NCBI GenBank assembly: GCA_951406725.2 | Contig: OX597836.1 | Location: 36,146,001-36,210,000 of the forward strand | DNA: 64,000 nucleotides | Source of the DNA: Octopus vulgaris | Taxonomy: Eukaryota | Direction of reading: 5' to 3' | Made by a program: the position numbers and the translations under genes | The notes under the pieces: generated by a model | What the model saw: the letters and a program-made list of their open reading frames with translations, nothing else | Database searches by the model: none | What the model was told of the DNA's origin: nothing | Part shown: piece by piece, positions 42,182-54,954 of the stretch | Position numbering within the stretch: the stretch's first letter is position 1 | How the letters are laid out: each line of letters begins with the position of its first letter

Positions 42182-42590
42182 AGGCGCCGGAGTGGCTGTG
42201 TTGTAAGTAGCTTGCTAACCAACCACATGGTTCCGGGTTCAGTCCAACTGCATGGCATCTTGGGCAAGTGTCTTCTGCTATAGCCCCGGGCCGACCAATG
42301 CCTTGTGAGTGGATTTGGTAGACGGAAACTGAAAGAAGCCTGTCGTATATATGTATATATATATATGTATGTGTGTGTGTTTGTGTGTCTGTGTTTGTCC
42401 CCCTAGCATTGCTTGACAACCGATGCGGGTGTGTTTACGTCCCCGCCACTTAGCGGTTCGGCATAAGAGACTGATAGAATAAGTACTGGGCTTACAACGA
42501 ATAAGTCCCGGGGTCGATTTGCTCGACTAAAGGCGGTGCTCCAGCATGGCCGCAGTCAAATGACTGAAACAAGTAAAAGAGTAAAAGAGT
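42182..42590 (+). mobile_element. SINE family A
   Basis: Full copy. Confidence 0.9.
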
Positions 42591-43114
42591 ATTAAAGTCT
42601 GCAACTTTAATAAACATAAAAATAATTCAACTCAAATTATTCATACAAACAAAGCACAAAATATTTAGCACAAATGTAATCAAGAACAGCGGCTAAAGTA
42701 ATTAGGAGCAACACGCTAAACTCCATGTCAAACATATTGATGCTCTTCGCTAGCGATTTTTTGTACTACTAGAATGCCCGCAAATAGAATAGAGTGGCCC
42801 TCCGTCGGCTACGACGATGAGTGTTGCACTAGCTTTGATCAACCGAATAGTCTGCTGCACAGTCACGCGTAGCCTTCAGGTGGTACTCAGGAAGATTCAG
42901 TGTGATACAAAATGGGGCATAACTGGCTCATTTGATTACTAGCACAGTTCATTTTTACCATCAGCTAGAATTGGAGCAACGTGAATAAAGTGACTTGCTC
43001 AAGGGCATAATGCGTTGCCGGTAATCAGTATCGTGAGCTTCAATTTCAATGCTGCAATCACCTCCGGTATAAGGGAGTGCACTTGGCGGTTAGTATGATT
43101 TCACTTGAGTCTAT

Positions 43115-43183
<69 letters not shown>

Positions 43184-43447
43184 GTCGGAGCCCTGGGAAC
43201 ATTGAGCAAAAGTCTGTATCAATAATTGTCGGAAACCCTGGGAACAGTGAGCAAAAAATGTCCAGAAGTACGTGGAACAAATAGGAGATGTAATAAGGGT
43301 GGAGCACTTGCAGAAAGCAGTTCTGCTTGGAACCGTTCGAATACTCCGGAAGGTGCTCGAAAAATAAGAGGTGTTACCTTAGTTCCCAAGTAATGAACAG
43401 CTGACACTGTAGTTCATCTCCAGCGTTAGAAGCTGTGCAAAGGCCAT
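43184..43447 (+). mobile_element. 5'-truncated R4/Dong-like non-LTR retrotransposon in a (TAA)n tract
   Basis: Frameshifted VSIIVG.LGTVSK/NVQKYVEQIG..IRVEHLQKAVLLGTVRILRKVLEK*, short 3' UTR, (TAA)n on both sides. Confidence 0.8.
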
Positions 43448-44014
43448 GATAATAATAATAATAATAATTATTATTATTATTATGATTATTATAATCGCGG
43501 CGAGAGTAAGTCAGTTATATCGAACCCAATGTTCAACTGGTGGTTGAACTATATCGATCCCCTGTTCAACTGGTAGTTCTTTATTCGTTCTGGAAAGGAT
43601 GAAAGGAGAATCGATCTCAGCGAAATTTGAACTGAGAATATAAAGATAGACAAAATGGCGCTTAGTATTTTGCCCGGCGTACTAACGATTCTACCTCCAC
43701 GTAGTATTGCTAGACTAGTGATATCTGAATTTTATACTTGAACAGCGGTCTGAAATTCCTCCGGGGCAGACGATTTGGTTGATTTTCGTCGACGCACAGG
43801 GTTTGTTCAAAAAATGTATTTGCTCTTTCCCACCACTAACTCTCTATATAATACCATTTTTTTCATAATAATAGTTCCCAGCATAAGTAAAAGGACAATG
43901 TGTTTAGTCGATACAATTCATCCCAGTATTTGTTTAGCATTTTTGGAAGCATGACAAGCAAAGTTCACCTCAGCCGGATTTGACTTCAGAAACTAAAGAA
44001 TATTTCTCATTACC

Positions 44015-44612
44015 AAGGCGGTGCGCTGGCAGAAACGGTAGCACGTCGGACAGAATGCTTAGCGGTATTTCGCCTGCCGCTACGTTCTAAGTTCAAATTC
44101 CGCCGAGGTCGACGTTGCCTTTTAACCTTTCGGGGTCGATTAAATAAGTACCAGTTACGCACTGGGGTCGATATAATCGACTTAATCCGTTTGTCTGTCC
44201 TTCTTTATCCTCTCTGTGTTTAGCCATTTGTGGGTAGTAAAGAAATAGGTATTTCGCCTGCCGCTACGTTCTGAGATCAAATTCCGCCGAGGTCGACGTT
44301 GCCTTTTACCCTTTCGGGGTCGATTAAATAAGTACCAGTTACGCACTGGAGTCGATATAATCGACTTAATCCGTTTTTCTGTCCTTGTTTATCCTCTCTG
44401 AGTTTAGCTATTTTTGGGTAGTAAAGAAATAGGTATTTCGCCTGCCGCTACGTTCTGAGTTCAAATTCTTCCCAGGTCGATTGTGCCTTTCATCCTTTCG
44501 GAGTCGATAAATTAAGTACCAGTTACGTACTGGGGTCGATATAATCGATTTAATCCCTTTATCTGTCCTTGTTTCTCCACCCCTTTTAACCCCTTGTGAG
44601 CAATAAGGAAAT
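44015..44612 (+). repeat. Head-to-tail array of three 184-bp SINE C units
   Basis: Units start at GGTATTTCG at 44064, 44248 and 44432; diverged TSD at 43999-44016/44614-44631. Confidence 0.9.
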
Positions 44613-46171
44613 CAATATTTCCGATTATCAAACGATTCTATCAGCTCAGCATCATTTAATTATTTCAGATTTACGTAAAAACACAGCATATTTAAGCGGA
44701 GGAGATAAGTCGATGATATAGACCAAAGTACTTGATTGCTAAATCACTTTTTATCTACACATGTTTATACTAAAATGCGAAGTTGACGTCATCGGAAACT
44801 AAATCCAGAATATAAAAATGTGACGACAAAATATTGTGAGAATGTTTTTCAGATACATTCGCTGTTCTGCCAGCTCACCACCTAAATAGGAATAACGGCT
44901 TCAAGTTTTGACACGAGGCCAAGGATTCCGGGGGAGGAGAGGCGGTATGTCAGTATCGGAGGAGCCGTGTCTTGATTTCTGTTTCACTAACGAATAATAA
45001 TAAAGAACTGGTCAAATTCTGAGGTCGATTTAAATCCATTGATTACTCCTTCAAATTACAGGCCTTCCACTCATGTTTAAAATAATTAACCAAGACTGAC
45101 GGCTAATTAATAACTTAACTATATCGGTATACTACTTGCCAGCACGAAAAAAAATTTAAACAAGATATAATTCAATTTATTAAATTCTTTCAACCATCAC
45201 CTTCTTAATTTTTATAATTTTGTACCTACGCTACAAGCTTGTATTACATTGCAATCAGAAAAATAATAATCCCTAATTATATCAGTGTTATTAAATTTAT
45301 ATTCGAAACGAATTTAAGAAGAAAAAAAACACAATATTTTCAACTGCAGTAATTCTATTTCCTAATTTATAAATATTTTACACAGCAGTTATTAAACTTA
45401 CTCCAATGAAATATTGTATTACCTTTACTCGAAGCTGCAAAAGTACATTGCAATCATTTTTAATTGAATTTAATTTTCCTATGAATTATAAGCCACAGTA
45501 AATTACTTCTAGTCATATCGATGTCTCTGAAATTGCATAGACGACGTTATCGCTGGCATATCATGGCAGCATCATTTCAATAGATAACGTGTCAAAGTCT
45601 ACTTCTATTTGCGCATTAATTGCGTTTCAGAACATCAAATTTTAATTTCACTGCGTCAAATAATATTTGTCGTTGCTCAAAATTTCAGGATATTTCCAAG
45701 ATGCCGACATTTATGCAAATGATTCGTTTCGATTCGTATATAATTTCCCTTGGCAGGCTGATACAAAGATACATACATACATACATACACACATACATAC
45801 ATACATGCATGCACGCAAACACACACATATGTATGGATCATAACAGTTTGATTCAGATTCGTTGCTAATCTTGAGTTAGCCATTTTGAGTTTGAATGACA
45901 GAAGTTGATTGTTATTACCGTAAGGTGGGCTGCGATTGGTCGAGGAAGGTCAGGCGGGGTCAGGATTTCGTGTTGGTATACCGGTGACAGTTAGTCGGAA
46001 AATACCGGATGGTGAACAAGAAATCGACCGCATCACACTTGAAAGTCAAGTGTAGCAAGGAATTTGAATCAAAATCTTTTGATCGATACATGTAACGCCC
46101 AATAAACTTATTAAATGCCCTTGGTAACACTCATATATATATATATATATATATACATACACACATACATA

Positions 46172-46211
<40 letters not shown>

Positions 46212-46249
46212 AATGAAAGACAGAAAATGGAATATACGAGAATTTATTA

Positions 46250-46361
46250 TTAATCCCGACAATTGTTTCGACACATCTTGCATCGATTCCCCTTAGGTGG
46301 GATACTCAATAAATGGTTCGGGAGCAACCGGTGTTGCAGATGTATCTCGTCGGGTGATAAA
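46250..46361 (-). ncRNA. Hammerhead-like motif with long stem II
   Basis: CCGACGA-GAUACAUCUGCA...UGCAAGAUGUGUC-GAAAC-AAUU-GUC^GGGAU; one U4C core change. Confidence 0.6.
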
Positions 46362-46364
46362 TAA

Positions 46365-47520
46365 AACACTCTCCTTCATTTCCTACAATGATCTTCCATT
46401 TAGCTAATAGACCTGCGAGGCCCCTCTACTAAAATTCACTTGTCCGTGACGAAAACTACTCCTCCATTATTGCTCTGACCTCGTCTAGGACATTCATATT
46501 TTTTCCGTCCAAATAATGTTGATGACGGCAGTAGAAATGATAATCAGAAGGGGCAATGTCCGGCGAATATGGTGGAGGGGGCGTCGTTTCCCATTTAATC
46601 TGCTCCAGCCTATTGAATGTCATCCAGGCTGTATGTGGCCGAGCATTATACTGACGGAAGAGCACCTTTCGGAGTGAAACGAAAGATGGTCTTTTTTCTG
46701 CTCGTATTGGCTTAAGCCACTTAAGGTATTAGCAGTAGATCTCCTTTGTTATCATCTGGCTTGGGTTTCAAATTTCAGAGTGGTCTAAGAATTTCATATC
46801 ACACCAAACAGTTAACAACACCTTACGTGGGAGAAGACCACCTTTAGCTTGGTGTGCCAGTGTTTATCCTTTCTGTACCCACTGTCTTCGGGGCTTGACA
46901 TTTTTATAGAGAACCTATTTCTTGTCCCCAGTCACAATTCGATCCCAAAAAGCTTCATTCATGAGACGTGACAGCAAAGAAGAGCACACATTGACTCTCT
47001 GCGTACAATTAGATATGGAAAGTTTGTGAGGAACACTTCACCCAATTTGCTGACTTTTCCAATGGCACGCAGGAGTCGATCAATGGTTGAATCAAGGCGG
47101 CGAGCTGGCAGAACCGTTAGCACGCCGGGCGAAATGCGTAGCTGTATTTCGTCTGCCGTTACGTTCTGAGTTCAAATTCCGCCGAGGTCGACTTTGCCTT
47201 TCATCCTTTCGGGGTCGATAAAGTACCAGTTACGCACTGGGGTCGATGTAATCGACTTAATCCGTTTGTCTGTCCTTGTTTGTCTCCTCTGTGTGTAGCC
47301 CCTTGTGGGTAATAAAGAAACGGATCAATGGTTGAATCACCAAATCCATGTTTTTCTGCTAGTTCCGCCACAATTACAATGAGATTCTACAGGACGACCT
47401 CTTTGAGCTCTACAGACCTTCCAGGACGAGGCTCGTCTTCTAGGCTGTCGTTTCTGGCCCGGAATTCTTGGAACCATCGTTGACACTGGCTTACAGTTAT
47501 TGTACGATTCTCATATACTA
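46365..47520 (-). mobile_element. Decayed mariner transposase, split by a SINE
   Basis: NARPHTA and PPYSPDIAPSDYHF motifs, plus upstream R..LTVWCD and V.GDKK-like segments. Confidence 0.85.
47094..47320 (+). mobile_element. SINE family C
   Basis: Full copy; TSD GATCAATGGTTGAATCA. Confidence 0.9.
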
Positions 47521-48264
47521 ATGGGTATATATTTGTAGAATTCTTTTGCTGGAAACAAATAATTCCAATGAATAACGTATCGCCTACAGATGTTTAGACG
47601 TAGAATACAGTATCAGATGCCAATTACATTATAGCATTATGGAGATAAATTGTAGGACAGCGATTAACGGAAACAGAGGTAAAAGCCAGACATGTTAGTT
47701 TAATCTTCTACTTTGTCATTTCCTAAATTATAAACACTTGTAATGTTACTGACTTTTTTGTGTATGTACAAAAATCTATTAAAAAGTAAAATGTAAAGAA
47801 CTATATTAACACCAATCGATATTAAATACTTTGAAAACCAAATTGTCGAAATGCACAAATTAAATTAACCACATTAATACAACAGATACAATATGTACTA
47901 TAACGAGAAAACTCACACATAGCATCTTCTATACTATAATGGAGAGAACTACTTATTAATGAGATATGTAACAGTTACTAAAAGTAATAAAAGAAAGCAA
48001 TTATTAAAGGGTTGAACTACTGAAAATATTTCCTTCATTTCCTAAGAAATTTCCTTTAATTTCGCATTCTCAAGTATATTGAATTTTTAACTCCAAATTC
48101 TTGCAAATTTAAAATATTCATTGCATCCACTGCGGTGTCTTCCATTTTCATTTCTAAATTGTCTCACTTTCTCTTTCAATGTTTTCATTTGAAGTTTTTA
48201 ATTCGCTATTTGGAAAACCGAAGTTTGTTGTATTAATGTATACGTAATATATACTCTTGTAATC

Positions 48265-48671
48265 TTTTACTCTCTTTACTCTTTTACTTGTTTCAGTCAT
48301 TTGACTGCGGCCATGCTGGAGCACCGCCTTTTATCGAGCAACTCGATCCCGGGACCTATTCTTTTGCAAGCCCAGTACTTATTCTACCGGTCTCTTTTGC
48401 CGAACCGCTAAGTAACGGGGACATAAACACACCAGCATCGGTTGTCAAGCAATGCTAGGGCGACAAACACAGACACACACACACACTCATATATATATAC
48501 ATATATACGACGGGCTTCTTTCAGTTTCCGTCTACCAAATCCACTCACAAGGCTTTGGTCGGCCCGAGGCTATAGTAGAAGACACTTGCCCCAGATGCCA
48601 TGCAGTGGGACTGAACCCGGAACCATGTGGTTGGTAAACAAGCTACTTACTACACAGCCACTCCTGCGCCT
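48265..48671 (-). mobile_element. SINE family A
   Basis: Full copy on the reverse strand. Confidence 0.9.
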
Positions 48672-50260
48672 AAACATTATTTATTGAATAAGAATTGTTT
48701 GAAATACCTGTATAATTTTTGTAAATAAATTTAAAAGTGATTTTGTTGTTTTGGCTGTTTGGAACACTATAAGCCTTACAATAATAACTATCCGGACCGA
48801 TTTTGGCCATTTTCTTTATTAACTTAAAAGCTATGGGTGAAGCCTTTTCAGTAAAAAACAAAAACAAAATCAAATCGTAAATATTTTCAGAAGTAAAGGG
48901 GAACAATTCAAGGGAGGGTTCGTAGTTGTTTCTAGCACAACCAAAACTACCTTTCCTTTTCCCTCCTCAGCCATTGATTTTTTTAGTATTTTTCTTCCAT
49001 TAAACACATTTTATGGAATGATGATGCCGAAGTAATACACACGTGGTCCATTAGTGGAATATAAGCAACAAAATAAATTACCCCCTCCTTAATCAAGCGA
49101 AACAAGGTATGTATAAGAAAAAACATTTCCCAACTGAAAAGTATGCTATTGAAATTACTAATCGTTTATATAACTGTCTTTTTTTTTAATCACTGCGGAT
49201 AAATGCCAGTAATGATCTTCTCACGTTCTCCAAAATTTTAATTTCTAAACAGAAACAATCAGACGCAGGGCGTTGGGTGCAAAAATTCATTATTCCTCAA
49301 ATTTTCTTTTTTATGGCATATAAATGTAATTATGGGAGGAAAATAATGAAGAACATCAATACATGTGACAGTGATAAAGAAACGAGGAGGTTTGTCTTTG
49401 GATGTGCTAGTAAACCTCCGAAAATATTAACAATTTTGAAATTTTTTTTATCGAAAATGCTCTTACCATGCCTTTGAAGTGCAAAAATAATTGGCCAAAA
49501 TATTTTGAAGTGCAAAATAATTGGTCAACAAATCGAAGTCTTTGGTTTAAAAAAAAAAAATGGTGAAAATCCCCGAAAAAAATGTTCCCCATAAATTTCT
49601 TTATAATCTTAATCTACGCCGTTTGAAAGGCAATTATGCAAATTTTCATTAAAAGATACTCATTTTCCTGAAAGTCATGAGGTATAAACGTCAGATTATG
49701 TGAATTTTCCGAAACTCCTCTCTCCATCCCTTCGGATAAATTATTTCCCATAAATTCCTATATCCTCTGAAACAACAACATCTCAGTGGCCTTTGTAGAA
49801 ATATGAAAAGAAGGGAAAAGAAAAAGAAAAGAGGGGAAAAGAAATTAGAAATAAAGTAAAAGGAAAGAAAAAGACAAAACTAAAAGAAGACAAAAATTCA
49901 CAGACAATGCTTTACTGAATAACGTGTGATTCACCAGCTAAAAATATATTTAGCACTTCTTGCATGGATAGTATGGTAGGGATCATTCTCAAATAGGTTT
50001 TAGTTCCGTTTTCTATCATTCCAAGTGTTCTTACAATTACTGTATTGTAATCACCATGAGATACCAATATTTTTCGATTTCAATTTGTAAATCTGTATAT
50101 TTTCTGAGTTTGTCAAACTCTTTTCCCAAAATATGATCGTATGGAATGTGCAATCGCTCAATAAATAGACTTTACCGTTTTTAGTCTTTCACAACAATAT
50201 CCGGTTTATTAAGGTTGTTGGATTTGTATGTATGTGCCGGAAAGTCCCAAAGAAACGTTA

Positions 50261-50262
<2 letters not shown>

Positions 50263-50341
<79 letters not shown>
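50263..50341. repeat. Compound (TTA)n(GTA)n microsatellite
   Basis: Directly visible. Confidence 0.95.
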
Positions 50342-50342
<1 letters not shown>

Positions 50343-50810
50343 TATAAGTGAGTGAGAGTATACCCATCCCCATGACTACCGGTCTGACAAAAGTAAACTT
50401 GCCACGTGCATCACAACCATTTGTGTGCGTGATGTGACGATCTGATATTAAGATGATCACCACATGACCTTGCAAGTGGGATGCAGTTAAAATTTTCTTC
50501 ATGTCGAGTCGGCCATCCCGCTTAAAATGTCCTTTAATAACCATATATTTCCGGTGTTCATTATTCAAACCGCAACGAATCCCTTTCCACACATGGCTAT
50601 GGTGCACCAATACTACTCCTGCTCCTCATCAGAGACTCTTCATATCGTCAGCTACCAAGGGACATAATCAATTGGTTAAGGTCAAACAATTGACAAACAA
50701 ATCTGCGTTGTTGAGCAAATTATTTGCTGTAGCCCAACATTTTCACCAACATGTACAGATTAACACTTCCACTTAGTTAATCCATGAGAGCCACTTTCTG
50801 GCATTGTTAA

Positions 50811-51194
50811 GAAGCACTCCGTCGGTTACGACGATGAGGGTTCCGGTTGATCCGAATCAACGGAACAGCCTGCTCGTGAAATTAACATGTAAGTGGCTGA
50901 GCACTCCACAGACACGTGCACCCTTAACGTAGTTCTCGGGGATATTCAGCGTGACACAGAGAGTGACAAGGCCGGCCCCTTTGAAATACAGGTACAACAG
51001 AAACAGGAAGTAAGAGTGAGAGAAAGTTGTGGTGAAAGAGTACAGCAGGGATCACCACCACACCCTGCCAGAGCCTCGCAGAGCTTTAGGTGTTTTCGCT
51101 CAATAAACACTCACAACGCCCGGTCTGGGAATCGAAACCGCGATCCTATTACTGCGAGTCCGCTGCCCTAACCACTGGGCCATTGCGCTTCCAC
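50811..51194 (-). mobile_element. SINE family B1
   Basis: Full copy; TSD TTCTGGCATTGT. Confidence 0.9.
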
Positions 51195-52156
51195 TTCTGG
51201 CATTGTATGGAAAAGGGACGTGGTCTCATCTTCTGTTGTTATTTATTTATATTTTGTTGCACCGAATATTTTTATTCGCTAACTTGCAAACTTTGTAAAT
51301 TAGTTCATTTAATTACAGTTATTCGAGGCCTGAAATTGAAAATTTTCAAAATCTGCCCTATTGGAAAAATAAAAACAAACTTGGAGTCGAATTTCTCATG
51401 AAACGCCGAAGTAAAAGAAAGCTAAAATTTTAATAAAGCTTTCCTACCGCTGTCGCGAACCATCACCAACACCACCGCCGAAGGCGATGACGACCGAAAC
51501 AACAGCAAAATACTAGCAACAACAACAGCAATATCAACTAAATGAAAAGAACATAATAACATTGGCGAAAACAATAACAAACACGAGAACAAGGAAAACA
51601 TGAACAAACATTAATATTGCCCGGACTACACACCATCATTTTCCACCTCCGCTGGCACCACACAAGGGAAAAAGACATCTTACAAACTCCACCGTCGCCT
51701 CCTTTATGAATATTCCTCGCAGAATGTAAGAGGAAATTACAATCTCGGCAGACAAATTAAAACAAGCAAAACACATGTAGACGAAACAGAGAAAACATTA
51801 ATTCAAATCCTGCTCTTCGTCTAGCAACGAAAACAATGTCGGAAAGAATTATAAACAAAGCAGTGGATGTCAAAACCAATAATTAAAACTGACGGCACAA
51901 ACAGATATGGAAAAAATATTTGAGATTAATCAGGGCTATTATAACTTTAGTTGCCAAACGCATGATAAATATGGTACGGTAGGTGTGAATTTTCCAATAG
52001 AAGAGTCACGAATACACTCAACGCCAACATTGAGGTGTGAGGCTGAAAAACATATATGCACGAAATTTGTATAAAACAGATATACCCCTGAGAGTAGCGA
52101 TTAGAAATTGAAACCATGCTTCTTTGTCGATGTCAAATATGTATATATATGTGTGT

Positions 52157-52542
52157 GTGGATGTGCAATGGCCCAGAGGTTAGGGCAGGGGACTCGCGGT
52201 CATAGGATCGCGGTTTCGATTCCCAGACCGGGCGTTGTGATTGTTTATTGAGCGAAAACACCTAAAAGCTCCACGAGTTGCCGGCAGGGGATGGTGGTGA
52301 TCCCTGCTGTACTCTTTCACCACAACTTTCTCTCACTCTTACTTCCTGTTTCTGTTGTACCTGTATTTCAAGGGGCCGGCCTTGTCACTCTCTGTGTCAC
52401 GCTGAATATCCCCGAGAACTACGTTAAGAGTGCACATGTCTGTGGAGTGCTCAGCCACTTACACGTTAATTTCACGAGCAGGCTGTTCTGTTGATTCGGA
52501 TTAACCGGAACCCTCATCGTCGTAACCAACGGAGTGCTTCCA
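52157..52542 (+). mobile_element. SINE family B1
   Basis: Full copy. Confidence 0.9.
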
Positions 52543-52699
52543 TCCACACATATATATATGTGTGTGTGTGTGTACGTTCGCGCACACACGCATAGACACA
52601 GACAGAAACACACACATATGTAACGACACACATAACCACACACATATATAACCACACACGTATACATATATATGAAGCATCTCGTACGAAGACTTTTGC

Positions 52700-53870
52700 C
52701 TTGCTGACGATTGGGTTAAGAAGCACTTAATTGTAGCCTTCAAAGCATTTACCATAAACCCAATTATCAGTGTCTAAATCATCTGGCAACATTTAAACTC
52801 TTGGATATTTCTTTAGACATCAGATCTGGCTAATATCTAAATTATTGTAAGACAAAGTAGGTCACTGTATATATTCATAAAACTTCTAATCTAATCTCGT
52901 TGACGCTATAATTGGAAATTTAGAGGCCGTTGATAATATTATGTTATGATAGGATCTTTTACTCCAAATGAAGCATTGCTGAATACTTGATCTACCGTGG
53001 ATTACATTTACATGGTTGACCCCACAAAAATTTCCTTTGGCAAGGAGTTACCCACACCAAAATTCCAATGTTCAGTGTTTTTTCCAAGTTTAGACGTCCC
53101 CAGTAGCATATCAAGCTACGTTTGTCTCTCTGGGGAGGTCCTTCCTACCATATATGGATTATTGAAGCAGTTTTTCCTGTAACGCAAAGAGGTATTACTC
53201 TTGAGTAGAAGACAGAAGCGTAAACGACACCGTAGATACGAAAGGAAAGAAAGCGCCCACAAACACACACATGCACATATGCAAGCGCTCACACTCTCGA
53301 ATCTCCCGTAGATACCCACTTGAAGTTGTCGAAATAAACCGAGATATCCATTGAGATATCTCTCCCTTTCCAAGACAATTGCAAAAGATGTGACATGTAT
53401 CCACCTATGAGGGAATGTCGGTGAATCATATGGAATTTAAAATAACCCTGACATATCGCATGATTAATTCCGAATAACGAAATAGTTGCAGCTTCCAAAG
53501 AAATCTTATTCTTTTCTATCCTGAGGACAAGTCCCGAAATTTTGGGGGAGGGAGCCAGTCAATTAGATCGACCCCAGTACGCAACTGGTACTTAATTTAT
53601 CGACCACGTAAATACGAAAGGCAGAGTCGACCTCGGCTGTATTTGAACTCAGAACGGAAAGACAGCATTTCGCCCGGCGTGCTAACGTTTCTGCCAGCTT
53701 GCCGCCCTTACCAAATAAATCTTATTGTCAAATAAAGAGAAATAAGACTTGTTGTTTATAATTTTGCATCTTAGCGATTGAAAACTACCACTAAATGCAA
53801 GCCAACACAATATCAATGGACTGAGAAGCTCTAATTTACATTGATAAGAGTCAGAGCAAAAACGTCAAAG
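52700..53870 (+). mobile_element. Decayed Penelope-like element (Naiad/Chlamys-type RT C-terminus, GIY-YIG end, 3' hammerhead)
   Basis: VKKHLI.AFK, LDISLDIRSG*Y..YCK.....YIHKTSN, TWLTP, SYVC, NCKRCDM and NNEIV motifs occur in the expected order; degenerate hammerhead CUGAGAA-GCUCU...AGAGC-AAAAAC-GUC at 53821-53866. Confidence 0.6.
53510..53709 (-). mobile_element. SINE family C variant (different tail)
   Basis: Family C head and core; TSD CCAAA(G/T)AAATCTTATT. Confidence 0.85.
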
Positions 53871-54426
53871 TTAACTGTCTTAAAATTACTCAATGTAAAT
53901 TCTCTGCGATTGTCAGGACAGGGTATATAGTATCATTCCTTCCGTTTTGCATGAAGTCTCTGGATCTAGTGAAATATCTTGCTTATTATTGCCTGAATGA
54001 CAGAAAGCGCATATTCTCACAGCTAGATCACAACTTGCATCTTTGCGTGCCTGAAAAATTTTACGTTTAACAGCATCCACTTGAAATGACATTTTACTCT
54101 CACACATACGACTCTGCTGTCTAAATTTCAGCCATCGGATGTCAATGCAATTCTAAAAGTTTAGTCTCATGTTAAGTAATACAGCTGTATTACTTAACAA
54201 GGAAACTAAACTGTCATTTGCTTTACAAAGAAAATTCATTCTGAGGTGTTTACTGTGTCTCCTATCATATCAAACGAGAGATTTTTTTTTTACTCCACTT
54301 TAGGATTGCATTGCATTTAGCAGCAGTTTTCATTCGCTGAGATGCAAAATTACAAATAACATGCCTTATTACTCATTAGATGACAATAAGATTTATTTGG
54401 AAGCTGCAATTATGCCATTATTATTC

Positions 54427-54816
54427 GTGGAGGCGCAATGGCCCAGTGGTTAGGGCAGCTGACTCGCGGTCATAGGATCGCAGTTTCGATTCCCAGACCG
54501 GGCGTTGTGAGTGAGTGTTTATTGAGCGAAAACACCTAAAAGTTCCACGAGGCTTCGGCAGGCGATGGTGGTGATCCCTGCTGTACTCTTTTATCACAAC
54601 TTTCTCTCACTCTTACTTCCTGTTTCTGTTGTACCTGTATTTCAAAGGGCCGGTCTTGTCGCTCTCTGTGTCACGCTGAATATCCCCGAGAACTACGTTA
54701 AGGGTACACGTGTCTGTGGAGTGCTCAGCCACTTACACGTTAATTTCACGAGCAGGCTGTTCCGTTGATTCGGATCAACCGGAACCCTCGTCGTCGTAAC
54801 CGACGGAGTGCTTCCA
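54427..54816 (+). mobile_element. SINE family B1
   Basis: Full copy; TSD TATGCCATTATT. Confidence 0.9.
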
Positions 54817-54954
54817 ATATGCCATTATTTAGAATTTACCATGTGAAATATCAGGGTTATTTTAAATTGTCGGAACGTAAAATTGAAAGGTCACATAATG
54901 AATTTCTAGAAATATATGTATATAAATTTGTTATATTACGGGAGAATCATTTTT

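Noticed and set aside
47925-49941. Possible 2-kb Helitron (TCTTCTATACTATAAT start, CAGCTAA end)
   Set aside because: The 3' CTAG and hairpin are not intact, so the boundaries are unsupported.
53521-53545. CUGAGGA...GAAA
   Set aside because: It lies in the antisense of a SINE C variant tail and lacks proper stems.
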